Below are positions 9,736 through 20,502 of a DNA stretch of 64,000 bases, piece by piece. Under the pieces are notes generated by a model. The model was given only the letters and a program-made list of their open reading frames with translations, did no database searches and was not told the origin of the DNA. The translations under genes and the position numbers were made by a program. Origin of the DNA: a bacterium (lineage in GTDB: Bacteria; Hinthialibacterota; Hinthialibacteria; Hinthialibacterales; Hinthialibacteraceae); contig CAXXMV010000001.1 of the NCBI GenBank assembly GCA_963662285.2, forward strand, positions 480,001 to 544,000, read 5' to 3'. How positions within the stretch are numbered: the stretch's first letter is position 1; each line of letters starts with the position of its first letter.

Positions 9736-10578
9736 TTATCTCTGCAAAACGAAAAACATATTTAAAGGCACAAAATATGGAGAAAACTCTTTGGGTCTAT
9801 ATTTCATAACCACCAAAGAAGGAACGGGAAAAGAATCAACCTGCGTATAGTTTTCATACTTGTAAGACCGTGTGCTGCCATCATCAAATAGTATTGTATA
9901 TTTCACAGGAAGAGCATATCCATCCTGGAAACGTACATCTAAAACCAAATGAGAATGATCCTCCTTATTCTCGCCTTGGATACGGAACAGGTTATCTCCG
10001 GTTTTTTCTGAAGTATAGGAATATTTCTGCGGCTGATAGAACATAGTCCGCCATTGAAACATGATCATTTCGTCTTTTACTTTTAAGCCTGGAGTATTTA
10101 CCTTGTTGATCTTCTTATCAAATGAATCATACCGTGTAATCCCGTCCCCATCTTCCGTAGTTTCATAACTAATAGATCCATCAATTTCTTTATTGGTTCT
10201 TTTTTGAGAATTCTTGCTGAAGGTATAGATTTGAGTCTGTTCCAGCACAGATCCATCTTCGAGATAATTCATACTCTCATGATAACCAGGAGATTTCTTG
10301 AACATGGCAATCTGCTTCTCTAATTCTTCCCCCTCGAAATGCATACTTAATTGGGAACGCTGACTTTTCTCGCTGAATTTTACCGCTTCCTCATGTGAAA
10401 GATCAATCCTCGCTGTTAACGTGGTATACTTCAGTTCCAGCAAGTCAACATTATCAAAAACCTGATAATATTTATCCAAACCTTTTTGAATATTCTCCGG
10501 GATATCCGCTGAAGCCCCAATAGCAAACACCATACATGCAACCAACATCGAAGCATACGCAATTCTACTGATTCTCAT
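9736..10578 (-). CDS. Hypothetical secreted protein (beta-rich C-terminal half)
   Basis: Signal peptide MRISRIAYASMLVACMVFAIGASA; GGAGG RBS upstream of ATG 10578. Confidence 0.7.
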   Translation of the reverse strand: MRISRIAYASMLVACMVFAIGASADIPENIQKGLDKYYQVFDNVDLLELKYTTLTARIDLSHEEAVKFSEKSQRSQLSMHFEGEELEKQIAMFKKSPGYHESMNYLEDGSVLEQTQIYTFSKNSQKRTNKEIDGSISYETTEDGDGITRYDSFDKKINKVNTPGLKVKDEMIMFQWRTMFYQPQKYSYTSEKTGDNLFRIQGENKEDHSHLVLDVRFQDGYALPVKYTILFDDGSTRSYKYENYTQVDSFPVPSLVVMKYRPKEFSPYFVPLNMFFVLQR

Positions 10579-10805
10579 TTTTAGCAACCTCCATGATGAA
10601 ATAGTTTTTTGTTATACGATATCGACGCATATAATACATTATATGAAAACTAAATCGTTTATTATTAACGCTTGGCTAAATATGTAAGATTGAATATTTC
10701 TAAAGTCGCTCGAACAATGTCATCACCAGAGTCTTGGATATAGTCCGGGAGAGGTGATAATGTCCATGCAGCTTTTTCAATAAAAAAAGGGGAGTCCCAA
10801 ACTAA

Positions 10806-12026
10806 ATGCCATTTCTTCCTCAAACCCGCCGCCAAAGATTGACGCTATATATAATGGTGGTTGTGCTGTTATTGATCTCGGTCGATATATATTTCGGGGC
10901 GAAATACTCAGCTCAGCGCGACAGCAATTTCCGCGCTTTCCGGTGGGATTCGACCACCCTTTGGGCTTTGAAGCCTTCATACCAGGGACGCGCCTGGAAT
11001 CAGCCTATCAATACCAACTCTGCTGGATTCCGGGGATCGGTTGAATATCCGGTTGTATCCAAACACGCTCAGCGCATCATCACTTTCGGCGACTCACGCA
11101 CCTATGGTTTTGGCGTTAAAGACGATGAGACCTACACCGGCGTCCTAGAGAAAGAACTGCGCCAACGAGGCGTTGATGCGGAAACGATCAATGCCGGAGT
11201 GCATGGATTTTCGGCGGTGCAGTGCCGCGCCAGGTTGGAACAACTTCTGCATTACAAACCCCAGGCCGCCGTTTTCGCTCCGGGATACAACGACCGGCGC
11301 TACTTGATTATAAGGCCGGTGGATTCGTCGGATTCGCTGCCCTGGATCGCCCGCATAAGAAAAGTGGTCGATGTGCTGCAATGGAGCAACACTTTTTTCG
11401 CCTTCATGTATGAGGTAGGCAAACATAAATTAACCAAACTGCAACAGAATCCCATGGGCTTGGATGAAGTAGAGCCCCGCGTATCCCGCGAGACATTTCA
11501 AGACGAGTTAACCAAAATAATCCAAATCTGCCGTGAGAATAATATAAAGCCCTTATTCCTCAAAATCTATCAAGACCCCGGTTCTTTCGCTTTGGTTGAA
11601 AGAGCGGCTTTGCTTTATAGACAGGGCGACTACGACGAGACGGTCGAAACTATCGAAGAAGCCATGAATACCATTCCCGATAGAGCCTACGCCATGAGCC
11701 GGTTAATCTTAGGCCGGGCGTATCAAAAACTCGGTCAAAAAGAAAAGGCGGCGGAGGCTTTCGCCAACCACCACCCGATTGGTTCCATTTTCGGTGAGAG
11801 CGTACTGCGCAGTGAAGCGGATTATTATGCAATTTATGATGAACTGTCAAAACAACACCTTGTTCCAGTTGCGGACGCCCGGAAAGTGATGACAGTGGGA
11901 ATCGACGATCCCCGTGAAGCGGAAGACGCATTCCGCACTTTCTTTATTGACGAATGCCACTACTCCGCCCTGGGCCATGAGAGAATGGGCCGAAAACTGG
12001 CGGGCATTCTGGCAGGGTTATTCTAA
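10806..12026 (+). CDS. Membrane-anchored SGNH/GDSL hydrolase with inserted TPR
   Basis: N-terminal TM helix, FGDSRTYG, INAGVHG, GYND, DECH; TPR-like LGRAYQKLGQKEKAAEAF. Confidence 0.85.
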   Translation: MPFLPQTRRQRLTLYIMVVVLLLISVDIYFGAKYSAQRDSNFRAFRWDSTTLWALKPSYQGRAWNQPINTNSAGFRGSVEYPVVSKHAQRIITFGDSRTYGFGVKDDETYTGVLEKELRQRGVDAETINAGVHGFSAVQCRARLEQLLHYKPQAAVFAPGYNDRRYLIIRPVDSSDSLPWIARIRKVVDVLQWSNTFFAFMYEVGKHKLTKLQQNPMGLDEVEPRVSRETFQDELTKIIQICRENNIKPLFLKIYQDPGSFALVERAALLYRQGDYDETVETIEEAMNTIPDRAYAMSRLILGRAYQKLGQKEKAAEAFANHHPIGSIFGESVLRSEADYYAIYDELSKQHLVPVADARKVMTVGIDDPREAEDAFRTFFIDECHYSALGHERMGRKLAGILAGLF

Positions 12027-14102
12027 GACTGTTTCCACCATGGCGCGTTGCATCAGAATTTCGTGGCTGTTGCGTTCGTCTTTCGCGTCTTTTGGTTTAC
12101 GCTGAATATAAGTTCCATCACTCATAAGGTCCCAACATTTTCTATTATCATTAATCATGATTTCGAGAATGCTTTTGAGTTCTTCGCGCAAATTCGGATC
12201 TTCGATAGGCGCAATAGCTTCTACGCGATAATCCAAATTGCGGCTCATCCAATCGGCTGAGCCAAAATAGATTTCATCTTTTCCGTTATTGTGGAAATAA
12301 AAGATTCTTGAATGCTCTAGAAAACGGCCAATTATACTGATTACGCGAATATTCTCACTTAACCCGGGAACACCGGGCCGCAAGCAGCAGAATCCCCGTA
12401 CAATAAGGTCAATCTCAACTCCAGCTTTGGATGCATCATAAAGCGTATCAATGATTTTCTGGTCTTCCAGTTGGTTCATTTTTGCGATAATTCTGCCCTT
12501 ACCGCCTTTCTTCTGGTTGCTGATTTCCCGCCGGATCATTCGTAAAAAACGTTGACGCATATTAACAGGAGCAATGAGAATTTTTCGATATTTATCCTGC
12601 ATGGAATGACCCGTCAAGAAATTAAACAGATCGGTAAGGTCTTCTCCCATAGCCCGCCGACAACTTAAGACGCCTATATCCGTATAGAGATTAGCAGTGC
12701 CGGAATGGTAATTACCTGTGCCAATATGGAAATAACGGCGAATCCCGGTAGGTTCCTCGCGTATTACTAACAGCGTCTTGGTATGAGTCTTCAATCCGAC
12801 GAATCCATAGGTGACATGCACCCCGGCATCCTCCAGGGTTCGCACCCATTGGATATTATTGGCCTCGTCGAAACGGGCTTTAATCTCAACCAGCACCGCA
12901 ACCTGGATGCCGTTTTCCGCCGCCTGCACCAATGCGCGAATAATCGGTGAATCGCCAGCGGTTCGATAAAGGGTCTGTTTTATGGCTAGAACATGTGGAT
13001 CCTGCACCGCCTCCTGCAAAAACCTTTGTACGCTAAAGGCAAAAGAGTTATATGGATGATGCACTAACATATCGCCTTGAGGCAATAACTTGAAGAAACT
13101 AATCGGAGCATCATCATCTCCCTTGTTTTTTAATCGGGGAGGAATGGTCGGCGTCCAGGGTTTATCTTTCAAATGAGGAAAATCAAGTTTATATAGTTCC
13201 ATCAAGTCTTTTAGATTTAATGGGCCATCGACAATATTAACATCCTCTTCATTTATCGCCAGTTCAGTCATTAACCATTCCTGAATGGGAGGCGCAACGC
13301 CCGATTCAATCTCTAGACGTACTACCGGCGCAAAACGTCGATGGCGTAATTCTGCTTCAATCAATTCCAAAAGGTCTTCCGCTTCCTCTTCGTTACGCTC
13401 TATATCCGCATTACGGGTTATACGGAAAGCGCAGCTGGATAATACTTCAACTCCGGTGAATAGATCAGATAAGTTTGCTGCGATAACCTGTTCAATCGGA
13501 ACAAAATGATTCGCTATGCCAGTGGGAATCCAGCGCGGTCGGTTCTGAGGAATCTTAATGCGCGCCAAGGCGGGTAATTCCGACTTTGGCTTTCTGACCA
13601 TTACGCCCAGCGATAAGCTTAAGTTGCTGATGAATGGAAATGGCTGTCCCGGACCAACGCCCAGCGGGGTAAGAATGGGGAAAACCGAACGCCTGAAATA
13701 GGCGTCAACATGATTTTTCTGTTTTCTATCCAGGTCTTTATAATTAAAAACAGAGATTCCTTTTTCGACTAAAGATGGAATCATGTCATTCAAGAGACAG
13801 TTGCGTTGTTGCTTGACCATGTCTTTAACTTCAACATGGATGCGGTCCAGTTGTTCGCGGGGCGTGAGACCATCAATTGTACGACTTAAAACGCCAGCGG
13901 CAATCTGTCGTTTTAAGCCTCCGACTCTTTTCATTATAAATTCATCCATATTGGTACTGAAAATGCCAAGAAACTTCACTCGCTCCAATAATGGATTTCT
14001 GGTATCCAGAGCTTCAAAGAGAACCCTCCGGTTAAATTCCAGCCAACTAAGTTCCCGATTGAAATATAGTACAGGTTGCAGCCGATTCTTTGTGCGCGTC
14101 AT
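12018..14102 (-). CDS. ppk1: Polyphosphate kinase 1
   Basis: YFNRELSWLEFNRRVL, HHPYNSF, IKQTLYRT, LKTHTK, GTGNY, GRFLEHSR, SADWMSRNL. Confidence 0.97.
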   Translation of the reverse strand: MTRTKNRLQPVLYFNRELSWLEFNRRVLFEALDTRNPLLERVKFLGIFSTNMDEFIMKRVGGLKRQIAAGVLSRTIDGLTPREQLDRIHVEVKDMVKQQRNCLLNDMIPSLVEKGISVFNYKDLDRKQKNHVDAYFRRSVFPILTPLGVGPGQPFPFISNLSLSLGVMVRKPKSELPALARIKIPQNRPRWIPTGIANHFVPIEQVIAANLSDLFTGVEVLSSCAFRITRNADIERNEEEAEDLLELIEAELRHRRFAPVVRLEIESGVAPPIQEWLMTELAINEEDVNIVDGPLNLKDLMELYKLDFPHLKDKPWTPTIPPRLKNKGDDDAPISFFKLLPQGDMLVHHPYNSFAFSVQRFLQEAVQDPHVLAIKQTLYRTAGDSPIIRALVQAAENGIQVAVLVEIKARFDEANNIQWVRTLEDAGVHVTYGFVGLKTHTKTLLVIREEPTGIRRYFHIGTGNYHSGTANLYTDIGVLSCRRAMGEDLTDLFNFLTGHSMQDKYRKILIAPVNMRQRFLRMIRREISNQKKGGKGRIIAKMNQLEDQKIIDTLYDASKAGVEIDLIVRGFCCLRPGVPGLSENIRVISIIGRFLEHSRIFYFHNNGKDEIYFGSADWMSRNLDYRVEAIAPIEDPNLREELKSILEIMINDNRKCWDLMSDGTYIQRKPKDAKDERNSHEILMQRAMVETVLE

Positions 14103-14417
14103 GATCTCTCCCTCGTCAGAAAGTAACCTATAAACTCATAATGAATACTACAAAGCAGATTGAATTTTAATAGATATACTTAACTAATCTCCTTTTTGTC
14201 ATATATCAAAACAATTATAAAGAAATATGCGTAAAAAAAATATTCTATATCCAATTATATATTAAAATAACGGTTCTACTATAATAATAACGGAACCATT
14301 CTCGATTTTTGTTATTTTCAGTATCTTCTCTCGACTTTATTCTACTTATCCTTTATTCTTGATAGGTTTGAGCGAAGTAGTATTCTTTTGTAATAAAACT
14401 TTTTATGAGGTCTTCCA

Positions 14418-16673
14418 ATGAAATATTCGTTTCGCTCTTTTGTTGTTATTTTTATACTTAGTCTAACCTTGCCGACAGCGGCTCAACCTATCGCGCCATT
14501 TTTGCCGGATGATGATCTGCCAACAATTCGCAAAAAGATCAAACAAAATGGCTATTCTTTTAAGGTAAGCGATTACTCCAAAAAAGGTAAATTCAGCGCT
14601 TTTATTCCTGGTCGGCGTCCTTCTTCCAATATGTCTCAATTATCCGCCAAAACAATTAAAGTACGCAATATACCCATTCTTGATAATCTTCCTGAACGCT
14701 TTGATTGGCGGGATGTTGATGGTAAATCATTTATTGGACCAATACGCAATCAATCTAATACTGGAACCTGTTATGCCTTTGGCGCCTGTGCAGCAGCGGA
14801 AGGCGCCTTTAATAAAGCGGCAAACCTATTTAACGAGAATTGCATTGATTTTTCGGAAGCTTATATTGCATGGCGATTAGGAGAAGAATATCCATATTCA
14901 GAGCATTTCGAAGGTTCATATGGCGCTGATTATGATTATTATGAATTATCAGCATTAACTCAACTTGGGATGGATACAGAAATTGAAGGCGTTTGTCTTG
15001 AACAGGATTTCCCCTTTCCTGAATATAATGAGCCGGACGAAAATACTGCAAGTAGTTCTTTGCGATTTCCCAGGTTTTATTTTGATAATTGGAGCAGGAT
15101 ATATCCCTCCGATTATGAAGATACAACAGCAATGATCAAAAGCGCCATGATGACCTATGGCGTTATTGATACTGCGGTTGATGTTGGATCGGCTTTTGAG
15201 AGTTACAAAGAAGGAATTTATGAAGACTCCAACACTGAACCGGAAGTAACGCCTTATTATTATCACGCTTCAAATCATGCCATTTCTCTTGTTGGCTGGG
15301 ATGATAATCCACCCGAAGGCGGGGGCGGTTGTTGGATTTTGCGCAATAGTTGGGGGCCGGATTGGGGCGAAGATGGTTATATGCGGATTCGCTACAAATC
15401 AGCCGGCGTTAATATGTTTGCCTGCTATCTTGCATTCAATCCCAATACTGTTCATGCATTTACATCAAGCGTAATACAAACCCATCAAAACAACGCTATT
15501 GTCTCTGGTTTTATCAAAACGGGAACTTCAGAAGTTATTTGTTTTTTCGAATATGGCAATAGCGATAATCTGGCTTTTCAAACCGACCCTATTACAATTC
15601 AACCCTCAAGCAGCCAGAGCATTGTTCATGTCACCGATACGCTAAAAGGCCTGCTGCCGGATCAGTCTTATTCTTATCGATTAGTTTGCCAAAATTCAAC
15701 CGATATATTGTATGGCGACACCGATAAATTCTCAACTATAAAACCAGTTGCAAGCGTTAATGAGCCAGAACAATATCCCAATTTTTTAAAGACTTCTTTC
15801 TCTATAGAAGTTAAAACCTCCGATTCACCAACAGAAACCTATATTGAATATGGCATATCCGATGAATATGGGAAAAAAAGTCAGACCATTACTAATCTCC
15901 GTGATTATCAAAAGCAAATTGATATCCAGGATTTAATGCCTAATACCACCTATCATTACCGCCTGGTAGCCAGCAATATTGGAGGAGAATTTATTAGCGA
16001 AGATTTTACTTTCGATTCATCTGAAAACATCTTTTTAGATGATGATTTAGATATAGATTCAGGTGAGGAGTATTTTGATGACTTTGATGACTTTGATGAT
16101 GAGGATTATGAGGATTATGATGAATATGATGAATATGAAGGCATGATTGATTGGGAATATACCAGTTATTTAGGTGATGAAGAAGTATATGAATCTAGTT
16201 ATGATTATAGAATCAACCAAGGTAATATAATAAAAATATCGCCTTATAATGCCTTTAGCGGCCAACTTAACTTTCTTTTCTCTTATGATCCATTTTATAA
16301 ATTCGAAGAGGATTATACGGAAGAACAAGGCATCATATTATCCATGATTTCGCCGCAAATCTGTTTATCTCAATTTGACACTGTCTTCCTACATTTCTAT
16401 CATGCGCAACCAGCCGATGGCAACGATCAGGATGAGTTGCGGGTTTACTATTGTAATGAGCCTAAAAGCGAATGGCAATTGCTCGCCGGGGCGGAATACC
16501 TCAACCATATTCCTGATTGGACTAAACGGATTATTGAATTGCCAGCGCTCAGCCCAAAATATCAGATCAAGTTTGAAATAACAGGTAATTTCGGGCATGG
16601 CGTCCTTTTGGATAGAATCGAAATCCTACAGTCGCCAGAGGAGACCAGCATTAATAACTGGTCAATCTACTAG
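14418..16673 (+). CDS. Secreted papain-like (C1) cysteine protease with Fn3-like domains, acidic linker and C-terminal beta-sandwich domain
   Basis: LPERFDWRD, QSNTGTCYAF (Cys), NHAISLVGW (His), ILRNSWG (Asn); two Fn3-like repeats (LLPDQSYSYRLV, LMPNTTYHYRLVA); ends ETSINNWSIY. Confidence 0.88.
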   Translation: MKYSFRSFVVIFILSLTLPTAAQPIAPFLPDDDLPTIRKKIKQNGYSFKVSDYSKKGKFSAFIPGRRPSSNMSQLSAKTIKVRNIPILDNLPERFDWRDVDGKSFIGPIRNQSNTGTCYAFGACAAAEGAFNKAANLFNENCIDFSEAYIAWRLGEEYPYSEHFEGSYGADYDYYELSALTQLGMDTEIEGVCLEQDFPFPEYNEPDENTASSSLRFPRFYFDNWSRIYPSDYEDTTAMIKSAMMTYGVIDTAVDVGSAFESYKEGIYEDSNTEPEVTPYYYHASNHAISLVGWDDNPPEGGGGCWILRNSWGPDWGEDGYMRIRYKSAGVNMFACYLAFNPNTVHAFTSSVIQTHQNNAIVSGFIKTGTSEVICFFEYGNSDNLAFQTDPITIQPSSSQSIVHVTDTLKGLLPDQSYSYRLVCQNSTDILYGDTDKFSTIKPVASVNEPEQYPNFLKTSFSIEVKTSDSPTETYIEYGISDEYGKKSQTITNLRDYQKQIDIQDLMPNTTYHYRLVASNIGGEFISEDFTFDSSENIFLDDDLDIDSGEEYFDDFDDFDDEDYEDYDEYDEYEGMIDWEYTSYLGDEEVYESSYDYRINQGNIIKISPYNAFSGQLNFLFSYDPFYKFEEDYTEEQGIILSMISPQICLSQFDTVFLHFYHAQPADGNDQDELRVYYCNEPKSEWQLLAGAEYLNHIPDWTKRIIELPALSPKYQIKFEITGNFGHGVLLDRIEILQSPEETSINNWSIY

Positions 16674-16683
16674 GAACAAATCT

Positions 16684-16719
16684 ACCCCCTGGAGAGTTTA
16701 ACGCCTCTTCTAGGGGGTA
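16684..16719. terminator. Hairpin between convergent genes
   Basis: TACCCCCTGGAGAG...CTCTTCTAGGGGGTA. Confidence 0.55.
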
Positions 16720-16819
16720 ACTTAATTTAATAATCTGGAAATCCGTCGGAATGAAGGGAATTAGATCAAACATATAAGGCTTGATCATTAAGTCCTAAGA
16801 GCCGATTGAAATACCCGGT

Positions 16820-17068
16820 TTAAAAAATACTCAGCAGACGACCGGTTTTGTCTAAAATCTCACGGCTAATGCCTTTGGTTTTAACATGAGTAATCAACTG
16901 TTTCCTGATTACTTCGATATCATCCAAGCGCTCTTCAACTTCCTTGACATTTTCCGGAGTACTGCCTTCTTTTTCCGCTTTGAATTTGTCGATCAGTTCA
17001 TCCGTACGACGAATTAACTTCATATATTCTTCTATACTATTATCTACTGCTTGTTCGACAAACGTCAT
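16820..17068 (-). CDS. Small helical/coiled-coil hypothetical protein
   Basis: 82-83 aa charged helical ORF with AAGGAG RBS upstream. Confidence 0.7.
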   Translation of the reverse strand: MTFVEQAVDNSIEEYMKLIRRTDELIDKFKAEKEGSTPENVKEVEERLDDIEVIRKQLITHVKTKGISREILDKTGRLLSIF

Positions 17069-17335
17069 CATAACTCCTTGTAATCAGAGCAGTATTTATC
17101 ATGAAAAGATATACTATATCTGACTGCTCTTGATAATCGTATTAGTTTGCAAGATGGAAAGCTTAGCGGGCGATTTAACAATTGTGAACCCCTGCACGCC
17201 GCAGATTTACGTTAGAATAGAAATAAGGTTTAATATTTTTTATATTGGCTATCCCACTTTTAGAAAAGATTGTGGTATACTGCCACTGTCTGTAAAAATA
17301 CAATCTATTTTATTGGTTAGCAGGAGTTGAGGATC

Positions 17336-18529
17336 ATGAATCGCCAAAATGCCGTAATCTTTGTTGCGTCTCTCGTTATGCTGTATATTCTGGTTGGATG
17401 CAATAGCGCTTTTTTGCCCATCAAAAGCACAACGCCTTTGATCACCGATCAGGAAGAATTCACCCAGCAAATAGATATCCCCCCCAATATAAAAATCCTG
17501 GAATTCCATCATACCAGTGGCAATATATCCATCGTCGGCTGGGAGAAACCATATATTCTGGTGGAAGGAATTACACGGGCTTCAGCAGAAACCGTGGAAA
17601 TAGCTCGCACTATCCTGGATATGGTGGAAATTGTCGCTTACGAACGCCCCACCAACCGGCTGGTACTGGAATACGATGGCCCAGCAGGCTTCGCCCGTAA
17701 AAATGTACCCGAAGAGGGCATGAGTTATACTGCCAGTGTTCCACGGGAACTATTGCTTGATATTCAAACCGAAAATGCAGATCTACAAGTATCCAATATG
17801 CTTAATGATGTAATTATCACTCATAAAAATGGCGATATACGCATCGATTCTATAGGCGGAAATGTAACTATTGATACGGTCGGCGAGAAAAACGCCGGAC
17901 AACAAGTAATCGTTAAATCAGTTGATAACAGACTCACCTTAAAATCAAGAACTGTTGCAGTGGAAATTGAAAACATCAGCGGAGCAGTGGATATCGACCA
18001 TCAAAACGGTGAATTCCACGCCGCAAATATAAACGCAAATTTGATCTACTCGGGTAAAGATGCTGCTGTTTTTATGAATGGCATCCAAGGTTTTCTGCAA
18101 CTCAACAGCAGCAACGGCGATATTGTCTGCGATGGTTTTTTCGATGGAATGCGTGCTGAGGTTCACAATGGCACTTTGAAAATGGAGCCAAGAGTAGCTA
18201 TCAGAAGAAGCATCGAATGCAAAGTTGATCGCGGCAATCTCACTTTACGCATAGCGGAGAACTGCAGCATGCTGCTTGATATCACGGCTGAAAACGGCAG
18301 TATTAATTCTGAATTTCCTCTTCCCGTATCTGCTGAAGGAAAATTCTCTTACGCCAAAGGCGCCATAAACAAAGGCTACCCCATGGTTCGCCTGGAAGTC
18401 AAAAAAGGCTTTGCCGCCATTCTTAAAGAAATTCCTCTTCCCGACTCAGAAACAGCGTCGCCAAGCCAACCAGAAACCGAAAACGTCGCCCCAATAACAG
18501 AAATCCAATCAACTCCTATTATCCAATAG
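17336..18529 (+). CDS. DUF4097-like beta-strand-repeat lipoprotein
   Basis: Lipobox ILVGC; repeated xxNGxI/LxxxI units; AGGAG/GAGG RBS. Confidence 0.8.
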   Translation: MNRQNAVIFVASLVMLYILVGCNSAFLPIKSTTPLITDQEEFTQQIDIPPNIKILEFHHTSGNISIVGWEKPYILVEGITRASAETVEIARTILDMVEIVAYERPTNRLVLEYDGPAGFARKNVPEEGMSYTASVPRELLLDIQTENADLQVSNMLNDVIITHKNGDIRIDSIGGNVTIDTVGEKNAGQQVIVKSVDNRLTLKSRTVAVEIENISGAVDIDHQNGEFHAANINANLIYSGKDAAVFMNGIQGFLQLNSSNGDIVCDGFFDGMRAEVHNGTLKMEPRVAIRRSIECKVDRGNLTLRIAENCSMLLDITAENGSINSEFPLPVSAEGKFSYAKGAINKGYPMVRLEVKKGFAAILKEIPLPDSETASPSQPETENVAPITEIQSTPIIQ

Positions 18530-18561
18530 TTATAACCAATCAACTCCTATTATCCAATAGT
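18505..18561 (+). repeat. 26-bp direct repeat (period 31) duplicating the gene end
   Basis: CCAATCAACTCCTATTATCCAATAGT at 18505-18530 and 18536-18561; the first copy contains the TAG stop. Confidence 0.85.
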
Positions 18562-18613
18562 AATACTGAGATTTATAACCAAATATACTATCCAACAAAC
18601 GGGGAATGAGAAC

Positions 18614-19495
18614 TTAACTCATTTCCCGTTCCTCATTCCCTCCAGTATTATTAATTTCAGTATAATGATTAGAGCGGGATTTTATGTGTTCGATTCTAGA
18701 TAAGAATTGATTGAGTTCCATTTGTACTTTTTGCTGTTTTAATTTCCATTGATCTATCTGTTTATCATTCAGTACCTTGTTAACCAAGGCAATAAATTCT
18801 TCTTTAATTAGTTTATTATCTTTTTCCTCTTGCTGCTCATAAATAATCATTTCATTATCAAATCTAGGTCTCATAAAAAAGTCGACATGCTGCAATGCTT
18901 TCACCAATTGCGTAGCGATAGGCACAAGAAGTTTTCGTTGTTCCGGAAGCAACTTAACATCGCGTAACGCCCGTAATTCAACATCTGGTAAAATCCACCA
19001 GTGAGATAACAGCATATCAAAATTTTCCAGTTCATTTTCAGAAAACCGGCCTGCTAACATATTCTTTAAATTGAGTATACGTTTCTTTTCATTTTCCATG
19101 CGCCAATTGAATAAATCTCTATTTCTGCGAGAAGAAATGGTTTTTCTATTTGTTTTATTCTGATTATCCATATTAACTATGAAGCCTTTATTATTATGGA
19201 GTAGATCAATATAAACTTTAAAGATAGATAGGGAATCCCGTTGATTTAAAACCAAAGAATCACAAATAAGGCTGAAACGCTCCCACTCATTACTGTTCTG
19301 AGCAACAACTGGAGGTGGAATGATTCCTCGAAAACGAAGATAATAATGCTTAACCTGCTGCTGATAATAGATCACTGCATACTGTAGTTTGTTCTGAATC
19401 ACATTCCTCAAACTATGGCTATACTCACAGATTATTAGATTTATAAAAACAAGTAATACGATAAAAAAAATACCTATTCGATGTTTAGCTGTCAT
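18614..19495 (-). CDS. AT-rich hypothetical protein with N-terminal TM helix
   Basis: 293-aa ORF, GAGG RBS, hydrophobic N-terminus, helical remainder; no family recognised. Confidence 0.7.
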   Translation of the reverse strand: MTAKHRIGIFFIVLLVFINLIICEYSHSLRNVIQNKLQYAVIYYQQQVKHYYLRFRGIIPPPVVAQNSNEWERFSLICDSLVLNQRDSLSIFKVYIDLLHNNKGFIVNMDNQNKTNRKTISSRRNRDLFNWRMENEKKRILNLKNMLAGRFSENELENFDMLLSHWWILPDVELRALRDVKLLPEQRKLLVPIATQLVKALQHVDFFMRPRFDNEMIIYEQQEEKDNKLIKEEFIALVNKVLNDKQIDQWKLKQQKVQMELNQFLSRIEHIKSRSNHYTEINNTGGNEEREMS

Positions 19496-19969
19496 GATTG
19501 ATCCTCAGGCTAATATTCTAAAATATAAAAACTATTTCCCCTTTAGATATATATATAATATATGTACATACGTCAAATACTATATAATAGTAGTACGATT
19601 TTATCAGTTATTTTATTGACTATTTTTAAGGATTATTATTCATTTTAAATATTTGCTAAAATACAAATAAATATGTATTAATAAGTATTTCAGTTTCAAA
19701 ATGATACTCAAACATACATGCGAACTTTCGATTTAATTATCAAGGCAATATTAATGAATCAAGGAAAGGATATAAAATTCTTAGAGAAAACAAAGAATCC
19801 TGACAGAAAGCCGCCTGGTCGTCAGAACCTGCCCCGAATCAGTAAGATTCATATTATCAAAGTGTTATCTATTAGAACACAGGTTTTAGAGTATGAATTG
19901 TAGGGGAAAGCAGGTTGCAGCATTTGTATTTTTTTATCACTGAGAATAGAATGAATAAACTATTAACTT

Positions 19970-20323
19970 GGGGGCGCTCCGGTTTCGACGGAGATGATCC
20001 AGTTGGTGAGAGCATGCCGAGGTTCAGCAGGCCTCGTTAAATAGGCTGAAAAATAATAACTGCAGACTACGAAGCACTACCAATGGCTGCATAAAGCAGC
20101 CTCGCCCCGTTCGGCCCCGCCCCTTTGGCTGGACGTCAGGCGTCATAATAGAGGGGATAGCGGTGATATGCGCCTTAACTTGATCCGTGAAACTACTACA
20201 AGGCTGGTCGTATAAGAGTTGTCTTTGTGCTTTTTGCGGCGAGATTCTTCACGAAGACTAAGCATGTAGTGCTTGCCAATTTGACGTTTTCGGACGCGGG
20301 TTCGACTCCCGCCGCCTCCACCA
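19970..20323 (+). ncRNA. ssrA: tmRNA
   Basis: 5' GGGGGCG...GGTTTCGAC and 3' GCGGGTTCGACTCCCGCCGCCTCCACCA form an acceptor stem with a G3-U pair and a T-arm. The tag frame at 20062-20094 encodes ADYEALPMAA*. Confidence 0.97.
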
Positions 20324-20502
20324 ATTCCCCGTACCATAAATTGTTGATTATTCTTGGAATGCCTCATTATTAACCGCAGCCTTTGATAGCCTCTTAAAAT
20401 CCAGTTTGAGGCTTATTTGGAGGGAGCCCGAAATGTCGGATGACCATTGAGGAGTGGGAGGTGTAATAAATTGTCATAAATTACATATTTGAGAAAAACG
20501 CG

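Noticed and set aside
20324-20500. Possible island integrated at the ssrA 3' end
   Set aside because: No integrase, and I found no duplicate of the ssrA 3' end in the window; only weak TAAATTGT repeats.
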